Shown here: in pieces, positions 45,769 to 55,368 of the stretch
How the letters are laid out: the number at the start of each line of letters is the position of its first letter
Numbering within the stretch: position 1 is the stretch's first letter
IMG/VR virus record: IMGVR_UViG_3300049846_001252
Strand: one strand, 5' to 3'
DNA: 64,000 bases
Source of the DNA: a virus
Lineage: Duplodnaviria; Heunggongvirae; Uroviricota; Caudoviricetes
Program-made: the position numbers and the translations under genes
Notes under the pieces: generated by a model
What the model saw: only the letters and a program-made list of their open reading frames with translations
Databases searched by the model: none
Told to the model about the DNA's origin: nothing

Positions 45769-48483
45769 TTAATTACCCACCCGAGTTATCTCTATCCCGT
45801 TCCAAGTTCCACCATTAGCAGTAATAGTTCTTGTTGCGCCAGAATCCTGAAATAGATAAACGGCTATGGTGTCTCCGGCGATTAAATCCAACTGGACCGA
45901 TCTTCCAACAACTTGTAATCCGGAAAATCCAGGGTCGTTTGCTAGATGTCTAATGGCTGTTGCATTTTTTAATACAGTCATTTGTCTTCTACCTGAAGCA
46001 TTTCCGTCAACATCAACTATTGCAGTAATAAGATAAGCTCCGCTTATGGGAATAGTAGCAACACCCGTAGAAGTATTCATCATTCCATGAGTATCTTTCA
46101 ATTTATTATTCCAAATAATGGTCACTTCTGTACTATTAGCAACGCTTTGTGATGTGGTTCTATTATACTGAAGAGAAACAGTTTCAGTAGCAGCAATCTG
46201 ACTTGGACCAGATCGCATTGCAATTCCAAAATTGCCATCAACCGCAGTAACCGCGACCTCGCCAAGAACTCTAATTTCTACAGTCTGTCCAGCGTTTAAC
46301 TTAATACCCATCGCGGAACCACTTACCTCAACAACTTGAGATGCTGTCGTTGTAATTGTTTTTCGACTAATTTCGTAATCGCTTGAATCAATTCTATAGT
46401 AAAGAATTAATCTTTGTGTTGAAGTCCAAGACGCAGCATTGAATGTTAAATTTGCGGAGATATCGTAATATCCCGGAACTTTTACTGTATAAGTGCTAGA
46501 ACTTAACGCACCATGAGTATCATTTTGCGTAGTAGTAAATGTGGCTTTTGTATTTACGTTAGCCGTTGAAGTAAATCCTGAACCCGTCATTCTGGCAGCA
46601 ACAACTCTTGTATCAGTATCTTGAGAAAGAACTTGAGAAGTGCCCCAACCTACGATTGGTACAGTAAATTCAAAATTAATTGAATCTCCAGATCCATAAG
46701 TAAACGGAACAGTATTTCCGATATCTCCAGAATTCACATAAGTTCCAGGAGTATTTAAACTATAGATACTAACAGATGTAGTATTATTATAGACAACTTT
46801 ACCGGGAAAATTATTAGTTCCTGCGTCAACAAAATGTGCAGTACCTAAAGAATCTTTATCAGCACCTAACGTTGCTGTATTAATTGTGTAAGGGATTGTA
46901 ATAGTTAAAGGTACGTTATTTGGGGCACCAGAGAATAAAAGTCGTCCTCGTGCTTCTAAAACTCCACCAACTCTACGACTAAAAATAGACATAGTAGTAT
47001 TCGTTGTCATGCTTGCAGATGCACCAGACAAAGGTGCCCAATCAGTAACTACTGCGCCTTGAGCCGAAACTTGAGGACCAACGTTAAAATTATCAAATAA
47101 TAATTCATAGTTCTGAGTGCTAGTGCTAGCTGTGTGAATAATTAATCGATATGAAGTTGAATTTGAATTAGTTTGAAATGTTGCTCTATGCTTTGCCGGA
47201 CCAATCACATTTTCAATTGAGTAACCTGCGGGCTGGATTACTTGCGCATTTGTCACATCATATAGATAGACGGCTAAATCTCCAGAAGCATATGTACCAG
47301 TATTTACAATATAGTCAAAACTTACTTGCAATACCTTAGCATAATCAGCTTTATCAATAGTGAATGCATAAGCTACACCCTCACCTTGACGATTTGCTGA
47401 GCCAGTTTTAGCCCAAGCAAACGCCGCGTTGCCGCGAAGAAACGAAGGGGCTCCGACACTTCTTGTCCAAGTAGAATTAGGACTTCCGCCAGTGCCATCA
47501 ACCGGCTGTGATCCGGCAGCGTCAGCGTATGTTAACCAGCCGTCTGTGTTACTTTCTGCATCAGGATTTAGAATATAATTAATTCCACCAGAACCAGCAC
47601 CAACTTTGCTTTCAGTCCCACTGTCATTTAACTGATATAAAAATCCATCACTTTTGAAATATACTTTACCATTACCAGAAGCCGGAGTTGCTGGAGTCGC
47701 AATTTCAGCAAGCGTTACTGCATCAGAAAAAGATTTATTACTTAATGTCTGAGTGTCAGAAATACCGACGGCAGCAGAACCGATAGCGGCTAATTGTTGA
47801 AACTCAGCATTACTAACTGTTCCGTTTGCTATTTTAGACGCATCAATCGCAGCACCGGCTTTAATGTCGGAGTTTTCGATGTTAGATAAAGTGTTTAAGT
47901 CTGCATCAATAGTCTTATTTGTTAATGTCTGAGAGTCTGAGATGCCGACTGCGCTAGACAGAATTCCGTTTAGTTGTTGGAACTCAGCATTTGAAATAGA
48001 GCCATCAGCTATCTTAGTTGCGTCAATCGCGGCACCAGCCTTGATCTCGTTGTTGTCTATATTAGTAATTGTATTATTATCGGCATTAATTGTTTTATTA
48101 GTAAGAGTCTGAGAATCAGAAATACCTACAGCACTAGAAAGAATTCCATTTAGTTGTTGAAATTCAGAGTTAGAAATAGAACCATCGGCAATCTTCGTCG
48201 CATCAATGGCCGCTCCGGACTTAATGTCCGCATTCTCTATATTAGAGATTGTATTTAAGTCTGCATCAATTGTCTTATTAGTAAGAGTCTGAGTTGCATT
48301 ATGACCAACAACAGTAGTTGTTGCGTCAGGAAGGGTTAATGTTCTATTTGCTGTTTGAGAAGATACGATACTAGTTTTAGTACCAGCAGAACCGCCAGGA
48401 GTTATTTCGATCTCTTTTGGAGTATTCGTATTCTCCTCTCGAATAACTAACTGTTTTATAAATTTTGCAAAGCCGAAAGCCAT
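45769..48483 (-). CDS. tail fiber protein (904 aa) with three tandem 60-aa repeats
   Basis: repeats ...NIENADIK(S/A)GAAIDATKIADGSISN(S/A)EFQQLNGILSSAVGISDSQTLTNKTI...; Thr/Ser/Asn/Gly-rich beta composition. Confidence 0.6.
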   Translation of the reverse strand: MAFGFAKFIKQLVIREENTNTPKEIEITPGGSAGTKTSIVSSQTANRTLTLPDATTTVVGHNATQTLTNKTIDADLNTISNIENADIKSGAAIDATKIADGSISNSEFQQLNGILSSAVGISDSQTLTNKTINADNNTITNIDNNEIKAGAAIDATKIADGSISNAEFQQLNGILSSAVGISDSQTLTNKTIDADLNTLSNIENSDIKAGAAIDASKIANGTVSNAEFQQLAAIGSAAVGISDTQTLSNKSFSDAVTLAEIATPATPASGNGKVYFKSDGFLYQLNDSGTESKVGAGSGGINYILNPDAESNTDGWLTYADAAGSQPVDGTGGSPNSTWTRSVGAPSFLRGNAAFAWAKTGSANRQGEGVAYAFTIDKADYAKVLQVSFDYIVNTGTYASGDLAVYLYDVTNAQVIQPAGYSIENVIGPAKHRATFQTNSNSTSYRLIIHTASTSTQNYELLFDNFNVGPQVSAQGAVVTDWAPLSGASASMTTNTTMSIFSRRVGGVLEARGRLLFSGAPNNVPLTITIPYTINTATLGADKDSLGTAHFVDAGTNNFPGKVVYNNTTSVSIYSLNTPGTYVNSGDIGNTVPFTYGSGDSINFEFTVPIVGWGTSQVLSQDTDTRVVAARMTGSGFTSTANVNTKATFTTTQNDTHGALSSSTYTVKVPGYYDISANLTFNAASWTSTQRLILYYRIDSSDYEISRKTITTTASQVVEVSGSAMGIKLNAGQTVEIRVLGEVAVTAVDGNFGIAMRSGPSQIAATETVSLQYNRTTSQSVANSTEVTIIWNNKLKDTHGMMNTSTGVATIPISGAYLITAIVDVDGNASGRRQMTVLKNATAIRHLANDPGFSGLQVVGRSVQLDLIAGDTIAVYLFQDSGATRTITANGGTWNGIEITRVGN
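47730..48290 (-). repeat. intragenic tandem repeat, 3 x about 180 bp (imperfect) in the tail fiber gene
   Basis: near-identical nucleotide blocks visible at about 47760-48290; coordinates approximate. Confidence 0.6.
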
Positions 48484-48495
48484 GTAATATAATCC

Positions 48496-48981
48496 TTATG
48501 GTAATAAAGTTTTAGCTAAAAATTTCATTGTTCCAGAATAACCAGCAGCACCAATATCAGTTGTTATGTATTGAATTTGTCCGGCATCTGTTATGTTAAA
48601 ACTAATTCCGGCATTTCCATTTATTCTCTGAGACATAGTCCATTTGTTGCCAGCACTAGCATTATTGTCGTAAATTAAAAAAATTGTTCCTTCTTCAACA
48701 TAGCCTGAAGGGTTAGATGTTGAAGTTCTATAGACAGAATATGAAACATTTGCTGCTCTAACCTGAGATGGATCAAAAAGTAATCCGTTTACATTCGTTA
48801 AAACCGCAACGTTATTATTGATTGTCGCCGTTGATAATAAAATGTCTCCCGGAGCAAGGAGTGTGTTCAAAACGTCAGTGACCGCAATGGCCCAGTCTGT
48901 CGCTTCTGGACCCCAGTTTGGGTCTTCACCACTAGCAGGAAAGTTATACGTATTATTATTAATAGTTAGAGTTACAGGCAT
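48496..48981 (-). CDS. small tail-fiber-associated protein sharing a C-terminal domain with the 896-aa fiber
   Basis: C-terminus ...AGQIQYITTDIGAAGYSGTMKFLAKTLLP resembles ...SGQIQYTSSTYAGFTSMAIKFRADTLGV. Confidence 0.45.
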   Translation of the reverse strand: MPVTLTINNNTYNFPASGEDPNWGPEATDWAIAVTDVLNTLLAPGDILLSTATINNNVAVLTNVNGLLFDPSQVRAANVSYSVYRTSTSNPSGYVEEGTIFLIYDNNASAGNKWTMSQRINGNAGISFNITDAGQIQYITTDIGAAGYSGTMKFLAKTLLP

Positions 48982-49033
48982 GAGACCTCATCTATATTTA
49001 CTTGTTAACGATTACGCTAAGTTATGGATATGA

Positions 49034-49549
49034 TTAGGGCTTAAAAAATCGGCTTCCAGAGTTTGGGGGGACAATTTGATAGTGAACCCAATTCTCTGTC
49101 GCAGAAAAATCCTCGCACCATAGACCAATGCGCTCTAATTGATGGACATTCTGTGAGGTCCATAATTGAAGGGTTTTATATGGATCGTGTATATCTACGG
49201 CATTGCCTTTTAAGTGCTGACTTCCCCAAGGAATATTTACTTCTGGTTTACCCTCGGTTTGTCGTTTTTTATTAATGTTAGAGTAAATACGTAAATGGTC
49301 TTCTTTGGTACGAAGACCTGATGTTACCTTGACCGACTTTCCATAAAGGGAAAGGAGGGAGTTTATTCTTTTATGTAATTCGAGCAGGTTATTCTGGACA
49401 CTTACCTCTTGATCTTCTAGCTTAACGTTAGGGCCTAGGATATCTTGTAATGCAATAGGTTCGTTTTTAGGCGTAACCAGGCTGGGAGAATGGGGAACAG
49501 GTTTTGGAGGAAAAAGGAAGCCAAGGAGCATTTTAATCAATTCGTTCAT
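49034..49549 (-). CDS. peptidase M15 (VanY / L-Ala-D-Glu endopeptidase-like) endolysin
   Basis: SGLRTKEDH...GSQHLKGNAVDIHDP matches the M15 Zn-ligand pattern (H...D...H/SxHxxGxAxD); hydrophobic N-terminus. Confidence 0.6.
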   Translation of the reverse strand: MNELIKMLLGFLFPPKPVPHSPSLVTPKNEPIALQDILGPNVKLEDQEVSVQNNLLELHKRINSLLSLYGKSVKVTSGLRTKEDHLRIYSNINKKRQTEGKPEVNIPWGSQHLKGNAVDIHDPYKTLQLWTSQNVHQLERIGLWCEDFSATENWVHYQIVPPNSGSRFFKP

Positions 49550-49574
49550 ACACTAAACTTGTTATTTGACAAAG

Positions 49575-49601
49575 GTATACAGTTCATAGTAAACTGTATA
49601 C
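49575..49601. promoter_or_regulatory. perfect 10-bp inverted repeat GTATACAGTT-N7-AACTGTATAC (operator-like) beside a TTGACA hexamer (49566..49571)
   Basis: read directly; lies in the divergent intergenic region between the lysin gene (-) and ORF 49602 (+); right arm abuts the ATG. Confidence 0.35.
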
Positions 49602-50000
49602 ATGACATATAGTGAAGCGTTAACGTTAGCCAAAGGAATTCAGCAACAAAATCCTAATTATATACTATGCGGAAGTGTAGCACTTATTCTTTTAGGAAAA
49701 TTGCAGGAACGAGATGTTGGGGACCTGGACTTCTGCTGCCCTAGAGAATTTTTTGCAGAAGAGAAGATGGTTTCAGAAACAAGCTATCCACCAAAAGAAA
49801 ACGGTGGAGAATACTTGTGCTATAAGGTCGTTAAGGATAGCGGTTATTATAATGTGTTTATTCATAGTAATTTAGAATTGAAACTAACTGAGATTGACGG
49901 GATTAAGTGTCAGGACTCAGAGCAAATTTTACATTTTAAGAAATTGTATAATAGAGAAAAAGATCAGAAGGACTTAACCTTAGTTGCTAGCCAATCGTAA
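49602..50000 (+). CDS. small minimal-nucleotidyltransferase-fold protein (MNT-like)
   Basis: LCGSVALILLGKLQERDVGDLDF = GSx9-13DxD NTase signature; lone + strand gene inside the - strand operon. Confidence 0.4.
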   Translation: MTYSEALTLAKGIQQQNPNYILCGSVALILLGKLQERDVGDLDFCCPREFFAEEKMVSETSYPPKENGGEYLCYKVVKDSGYYNVFIHSNLELKLTEIDGIKCQDSEQILHFKKLYNREKDQKDLTLVASQS

Positions 50001-51204
50001 ACCTAATTTTCCCACAATCCCAAATCCGGTGTAAGTTATCCTTCAATGCGTGTTCTCTCTCAGTCATACCTTCAGGGGTATTTACTACATTTTTCTGTCG
50101 CTGTTGTTTTGAAACACAATAATGATTGCGATTATCGTAATAAAAATAGTCAGGAGGAAGGACATCCTCTTTAGCCCAGCCACATTTTTCCCAATTCGAT
50201 CCAGTTGAGATCCGCCTATCTACCCATGTAATAATTTTTCCATGAATTTTTACTGCATGTTTTGAAAGTTTAGAGAGACCTCCAATTACTGTATAATTTT
50301 CTTTTCCGACAAATCGATTTAAAACTAATTTATTGGAATCTCTATGATGAAGTCCAATTGTTATTAATTGTAGTAAATCACCATTAAAGTATAAACCATA
50401 CGCAGCTTTAAACGGACATTTACCAAGGATGTGATATTTTTCAAGAAATTCTTTAGCGTCATGCTTAGATATTTCTTGTATCTGACATTTTCGGGCATAA
50501 ATAATATTTTCGTTTTTACCTAATGCAGACCTTAAAAATGATTTAACCTGAGCATTTCGTTCTTTCCATTCAAAATCAAATATTTGAATAAGACGTTTTC
50601 CATACTTTTCCATAGATTCAGTTTTATTCAGATGATATTTACTATCTCGATCAAATTTTTCACTATGAAAGTATGCTCCGTTATACTCGATTCCAAGATT
50701 AAGAGATTCAATATATATGTCTACTTCAAATGGATCTTTTCCACCAAATAACGCTTTTCTAGCATTAAGACCAAAGCTCTGTATAAATTCCAATAACTCT
50801 AATTCATCACTCGATGTTCGTCTAGTTCCATTTTTTTCAAATGTTTCACGCACCTTATTCATAAATACTGGAGATTGTAATGCGTTTTTTACCCCATATT
50901 TTTTAAGCATAGTGTCTTGTGCTTTTTTTCTAGAGGCTGGACCGGCGTTGACATTACCATATCTAGCAAGATTGGTAGCTTCCCTTCTTTTCATAACGGC
51001 TTCAGGGTGAGTACTAGCATTAGCGCCTTGTAATGCTTTAAAGTCTGAAATGAATTCACCATAAACATCATCTATGAATATAAGCTTAGTATCTTTTCGA
51101 TAATTAGGGTTATCAACAGGTTCTTTTAGTCGGACACCATCAGGTAGCCAATATCTAGACTCGTCTCTTGCTTGAATAACGCCCTTGGGTCTCGCCATAT
51201 ACAA
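49987..51204 (-). CDS. putative homing endonuclease (Hef/Vsr-DUF559-like nuclease domain with N-terminal KYGV repeats)
   Basis: tandem RYGNVNAG.../KKYGVKNALQSP... repeats; GIEYNGAYFHSE motif; inserted between the capsid terminator and the lysin. Confidence 0.45.
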   Translation of the reverse strand: MYMARPKGVIQARDESRYWLPDGVRLKEPVDNPNYRKDTKLIFIDDVYGEFISDFKALQGANASTHPEAVMKRREATNLARYGNVNAGPASRKKAQDTMLKKYGVKNALQSPVFMNKVRETFEKNGTRRTSSDELELLEFIQSFGLNARKALFGGKDPFEVDIYIESLNLGIEYNGAYFHSEKFDRDSKYHLNKTESMEKYGKRLIQIFDFEWKERNAQVKSFLRSALGKNENIIYARKCQIQEISKHDAKEFLEKYHILGKCPFKAAYGLYFNGDLLQLITIGLHHRDSNKLVLNRFVGKENYTVIGGLSKLSKHAVKIHGKIITWVDRRISTGSNWEKCGWAKEDVLPPDYFYYDNRNHYCVSKQQRQKNVVNTPEGMTEREHALKDNLHRIWDCGKIRFTIG

Positions 51205-51303
51205 TTTCTCCTATATATACAATGTAGCATAGGAATAATTCTTTGTCAAGATAGAAAATCTATTTCTAGGTCTAGAAATAATGAATATGTATAGTCGCGG
51301 GCA

Positions 51304-51341
51304 AAAATAAAAAAAAAGAGAGTCCATCGGAACTCTCTTTC
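51304..51341 (-). terminator. rho-independent terminator after the major capsid gene
   Basis: on the - strand: AGAGAGT-tccgatgg-ACTCTCT followed by TTTTTTTTTATTTTT (plus strand A-run 51304..51316, stem 51317..51323 and 51332..51338). Confidence 0.65.
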
Positions 51342-51364
51342 TTAAAAATCTTTAATGATTTTAA

Positions 51365-52585
51365 TTAGTTAACTATATTGTTGACAAGTACGTTGCGACC
51401 TGGCGCATGACAGAAAAGAGCTTGGTCTGTGTAGACTCTTAACTCATACCCTGCGTTATTCTCGAGTTCACGGAAAAACTCATCGCCTTTACCTGGGCGT
51501 CTGAATGTTACATCAGAAGCACCAATTCTCATCATCTCATCTAAAGACAAGATGTAAGCGTAACCTTCTTTAACGTAGATTGAAGGTACGATCTCGATCT
51601 TACCGTTTTGACCGTAGAAGCAAAGCTCCTTACCGCCATTCTCCATTCTTCCTGGAGAGTAAGATTGGTCATACATTCGTAGAGCAGCCTGGTCGTTCAA
51701 TAAATCTGACCAAGCTTTAGGATTAACCATAACCATTACGTCATTGTCAAGTCCCTTTTCTACTGCACGAGCAATAGCGTCTTGGATCTTATTGAATGAA
51801 AGAGCAGCAGAAGATGCAGAGTAAGTGTTACCTTTCCAAAGTGCATATTGTGCAGCATCGATTCCAAACAAGCTACCAGTGTTAGTGATAATCTTGTGGA
51901 TACCAGCAAACTCATTACCATAAGCACCTTTGTGCCAGATAACGTCGCCAGAAGTCAATCCAGAAAGGATTGATTGAACTGTGATTTGCTTATTGTCGAA
52001 GTCAACAGCAGTAACTACTGTCTCACCACGAGAAATAGAACCAGCAGAGTCACGGATCTCGATAGGCATATTTTCTGCGCCTCCCCAGATTCCAGGAGCC
52101 CACTCAGCAGTAGTAATCGTGATTACGTTTGAGCTTACAGACGAAACTGTAGCATAACCCATTTGACCATATAGTACTTCGATCTCTAATTTCTTAGTGA
52201 TTGAACGTAACATATTGCCAACAAGGAACTTAGTAGCTTGTTTAAAAGCTTTAGATCCACCTTCTGCTGAAGCAGCGGCAGATTTATAACCAAGTGCTGA
52301 ACGTAGTAATAGTTGAGTACCACGTACTGTTGCGTCTTTGATTTGACCGGCGATTGGTGCGTTTAACGCGAAAGCGTCATCTCCACCAGCGGCGAATGTA
52401 ACACCATGCTCCATGCCAAGAACGACAGGTTGATGGTAAAAGTTACCCGGTTGATATTCTTTTTTTGCAAATGGAATTCTTTGTAAAAGTTTAACGCCAT
52501 CTGGGATTAAATCCTCAAGATCCTTTGCGTAAACCTCTTTAAAGAGACCATTTAGTGTATCAAGTGTATTAGCTGAACTAGCCAT
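51365..52585 (-). CDS. major capsid protein (putative)
   Basis: 406 aa; immediately downstream of the scaffold-like gene and followed by a strong terminator. Confidence 0.55.
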   Translation of the reverse strand: MASSANTLDTLNGLFKEVYAKDLEDLIPDGVKLLQRIPFAKKEYQPGNFYHQPVVLGMEHGVTFAAGGDDAFALNAPIAGQIKDATVRGTQLLLRSALGYKSAAASAEGGSKAFKQATKFLVGNMLRSITKKLEIEVLYGQMGYATVSSVSSNVITITTAEWAPGIWGGAENMPIEIRDSAGSISRGETVVTAVDFDNKQITVQSILSGLTSGDVIWHKGAYGNEFAGIHKIITNTGSLFGIDAAQYALWKGNTYSASSAALSFNKIQDAIARAVEKGLDNDVMVMVNPKAWSDLLNDQAALRMYDQSYSPGRMENGGKELCFYGQNGKIEIVPSIYVKEGYAYILSLDEMMRIGASDVTFRRPGKGDEFFRELENNAGYELRVYTDQALFCHAPGRNVLVNNIVN

Positions 52586-52605
52586 ATTTTATAATCTCCT
52601 AATAA

Positions 52606-53022
52606 TTATTTAAGTTTTGCTTCTAATTCGACAAGTAAAGTCAAATCAGTAGTGCTAAGGTTTTGGTCTGAATCGATCTCAAGGACCATTCTTCCGCCAG
52701 TTGAAATTTCTTTAGAAACTGAAACAGATCCCACTGAAGGCGTTACAGTTGCTTTAAGAAACTTTGATGTCTGCTGGTCAATCATAAGAGCGAATACTCC
52801 TGTTGCATCAGCAGCGGTTGGGACTTGTGAAGATAAATCTTCTACAGCGTCGGCCTCTGAGGTTTTACCTTGGGTTCTTAAATATACGCTTCCTGGAATG
52901 TCAACAATGTGTTGCTTACTCGCAGGAGTCGCATTTGCTTTAATCGTTACTTCGAAAACAAGTCTTTCTTGCTTAAGAAGGTGATCATGAAGTGCTGAAT
53001 TTTTTTGAAACATATTACTCAT
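52606..53022 (-). CDS. head-associated protein (decoration/assembly?)
   Basis: 138 aa between the scaffold and capsid genes. Confidence 0.3.
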   Translation of the reverse strand: MSNMFQKNSALHDHLLKQERLVFEVTIKANATPASKQHIVDIPGSVYLRTQGKTSEADAVEDLSSQVPTAADATGVFALMIDQQTSKFLKATVTPSVGSVSVSKEISTGGRMVLEIDSDQNLSTTDLTLLVELEAKLK

Positions 53023-53168
53023 GTTTTCAATTCTCCTAATTTAATTTATTGTTTGACAATTTCCCATTAAGCATGTTCTACTCTGTCGTTGATATTCCAT
53101 CATCCAATTACGGGTAAACGGAAGTCTTGAACCTTTTGTCCATGTATAGGTCATCGTACAAATACTTG

Positions 53169-54191
53169 TTAATCGTCATGAATGCTGAAGTATTTCTTGA
53201 AAGTTCTCTTTGGCTTTCCAGAATCTTCATCGTCCATTTTCGGCTTAGTGCCTGTGTCCTTAACTAATTGATTTGCCGTAGTTGTTTTAGCTGCGGGTCT
53301 CTTAGCTAAACGTTTCTTTCTCACTCTATCAAAGTTGTGTTTTCCTACTATTTCTTCGATAAAATCTTCGCTTGATTCATCAAAGTAACTACGCAACTCG
53401 TCAAACCACTCTTTTTCTACAATTGGTAGAACATCTTTTGGAGTAACGTTGGGATATCCATTCTGAGTAGCAATATACATCATCTGTCCGATTCGCATAG
53501 CAACTCGTGGATTATTTTTAGGAAGCTTTGTTTTTCCACCATCAAGTGCTTTCATGATTTCATTTTCAATCTCAGCAGCTTGCTCATTACGCATACGCTC
53601 TTGTTCAGCACGTTGCTTTTCTTCTTCGGCAGCTTTAGCTTTTTTGCGATACTCTTCAAGTTCCTTTTGCATTTTCTCTTTTTCAAGTTGCTCAGGAGAC
53701 TTTTTCATTTCCTCGATTTTACGAGAAAGGCGCTTTTCTGCTAATTCGTCAACATTCAATCCGGCTCTTTCTAACAAAGTCTCTGGATCTTCTTTTAACA
53801 TTTTAACTAGTTGTTCTACTTGATTTTTATATTCAGCGAATTCTTGTGCTCGCTTGTCGAAAGCTTTTGCTTTTTGTAAGTGACGCTTTAGTCCTTCTTC
53901 ATCAGCCCAGTCAATTTCTTCTTCTACTTCTTCGCCATCAATCTTAAGTTTTAATTTCTTCTTAAGATTTTGAATCTGGTTTGGAGTCATTCCAGCATCT
54001 TCAGCAGCGGCTTGTAATTCACCGTCTACAGATTCTTCGGCATCGGCTAAATCATCTTCCGATTCACCTTCTACGATTTCTTCGGCTAGTGCTTCAGAAG
54101 CTTCCTTAGATGCGTATGTATTTGGTTGTTCTTTTACTGGCTGGGGGCTCCCGCCATTTGCGACAGCAGTGATTGTTGGATCAGTTGCCAT
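53169..54191 (-). CDS. scaffolding protein (putative)
   Basis: 340 aa, very acidic, Glu/Lys/Ala-rich coiled coil; upstream of capsid. Confidence 0.5.
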   Translation of the reverse strand: MATDPTITAVANGGSPQPVKEQPNTYASKEASEALAEEIVEGESEDDLADAEESVDGELQAAAEDAGMTPNQIQNLKKKLKLKIDGEEVEEEIDWADEEGLKRHLQKAKAFDKRAQEFAEYKNQVEQLVKMLKEDPETLLERAGLNVDELAEKRLSRKIEEMKKSPEQLEKEKMQKELEEYRKKAKAAEEEKQRAEQERMRNEQAAEIENEIMKALDGGKTKLPKNNPRVAMRIGQMMYIATQNGYPNVTPKDVLPIVEKEWFDELRSYFDESSEDFIEEIVGKHNFDRVRKKRLAKRPAAKTTTANQLVKDTGTKPKMDDEDSGKPKRTFKKYFSIHDD

Positions 54192-54248
54192 AAGTTTGTT
54201 CTCCTTGTGTGAGCCGTCCTTAATTGGATGGGCTATAATGAACTCTTA

Positions 54249-54698
54249 TTAGTACTTTTTATTTGATAATATGTTCTGGTAACGTTCGCGTAATTGATTC
54301 TTACGCTCTTGCTCCTGCTCTTGTTTTTTCATTTCGTCAACTTTTTCGCCTTCACCCATAGATTTTAAAAGTTCCATGTATGAATCGTTTTCTAATTTCA
54401 TTTGTTCTGGGGATTTCTCAGGAAACATTTCGACTGGAGTTGCTGCTGGAGGCATTCTCTTCATTGCTTCCTGATGTCTGGCAGTCATCCCGGCGTCAGT
54501 TTCAAGTGCTGCTTTTGCTGCATCTTTTTGCTTTAAACGCATATCAACTAATTGTCCAGTTCCACTGAACGGACGTTGTACTTCTTGCGATAATTGCTGC
54601 CTAACTACCATTTGTCTCTCTTCTGGAGACAAACTTTTTAGAAAAGCATCTTTTTCTGGGCCATTCGGCATGTCAAAGTATCGTTGAACTCTATCCAT
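54249..54698 (-). CDS. hypothetical head-module protein
   Basis: ORF. Confidence 0.35.
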   Translation of the reverse strand: MDRVQRYFDMPNGPEKDAFLKSLSPEERQMVVRQQLSQEVQRPFSGTGQLVDMRLKQKDAAKAALETDAGMTARHQEAMKRMPPAATPVEMFPEKSPEQMKLENDSYMELLKSMGEGEKVDEMKKQEQEQERKNQLRERYQNILSNKKY

Positions 54699-54704
54699 AA
54701 ATTC

Positions 54705-55367
54705 CTATTTATTGTCAGGGCGACGTAATAAGCCCTTTCTCTCTAACTTGTTAAATTTTAACGGATTAAACGGCTGCTGATAATCTTCATTAAGAAACGG
54801 ATATTTTTCTTGAATACGTTTTAGTTCATGTTCGTTCTGTATTTTAGATATTGTAGATCTTAGCTGACTCAATTCGTCCGAATTCATACTTTTCACGGCC
54901 ATGTTAAAATCGACAGGCCCACCGTACATCTCGGCTTCTCTAATTCGACGTTTCAACAATCCCGGATCGTTTTCTCGATTACTATTAAGTATCATCTCTC
55001 TAATTACATCTAGGTCGGCTTTCTTATTTAGATGTTGACGCATATTTGGACCAATTATGTCTGGACCGGCATTATAGATCATAGACTTTAATGCGGTTTC
55101 TTGTGCAGGATTTAATTCACGAGGAAAATGATTATCTCTCATCTTTTCATAGTTTTTATGAGTGTCATTCATCATGTAATCTTCTAATCCAGTAACTTGT
55201 TCTGGAGTTAGATTATTTTCATCGAGATTATATGCTTTAATGTATTCTTGTGCTGCGGGAGCCCGTTTATTAACTCCCATGCCGACAGTTGGATTTCCCT
55301 TAGAATCTAGATAATGTTCCGTATCGGTGTCGCCTTCTAGTTCTGTCAAAAATTGTCTAAAATCCAT
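54705..55367 (-). CDS. GH24 (T4-lysozyme-like) muramidase domain protein
   Basis: E11-G12...D21...T27-V-G-M-G aligns with T4L E11, D20, T26 and GIG; LNPAQETALKSMIYNAG aligns with T4L LDAVRRAALINMVFQMG. Confidence 0.55.
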   Translation of the reverse strand: MDFRQFLTELEGDTDTEHYLDSKGNPTVGMGVNKRAPAAQEYIKAYNLDENNLTPEQVTGLEDYMMNDTHKNYEKMRDNHFPRELNPAQETALKSMIYNAGPDIIGPNMRQHLNKKADLDVIREMILNSNRENDPGLLKRRIREAEMYGGPVDFNMAVKSMNSDELSQLRSTISKIQNEHELKRIQEKYPFLNEDYQQPFNPLKFNKLERKGLLRRPDNK

Positions 55368-55368
55368 A

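Noticed and set aside
49549-49610. Considered the 49575..49601 hairpin as a rho-independent terminator
   Set aside because: No U-tract follows the stem on either strand. Its placement at a divergent promoter region fits an operator better.
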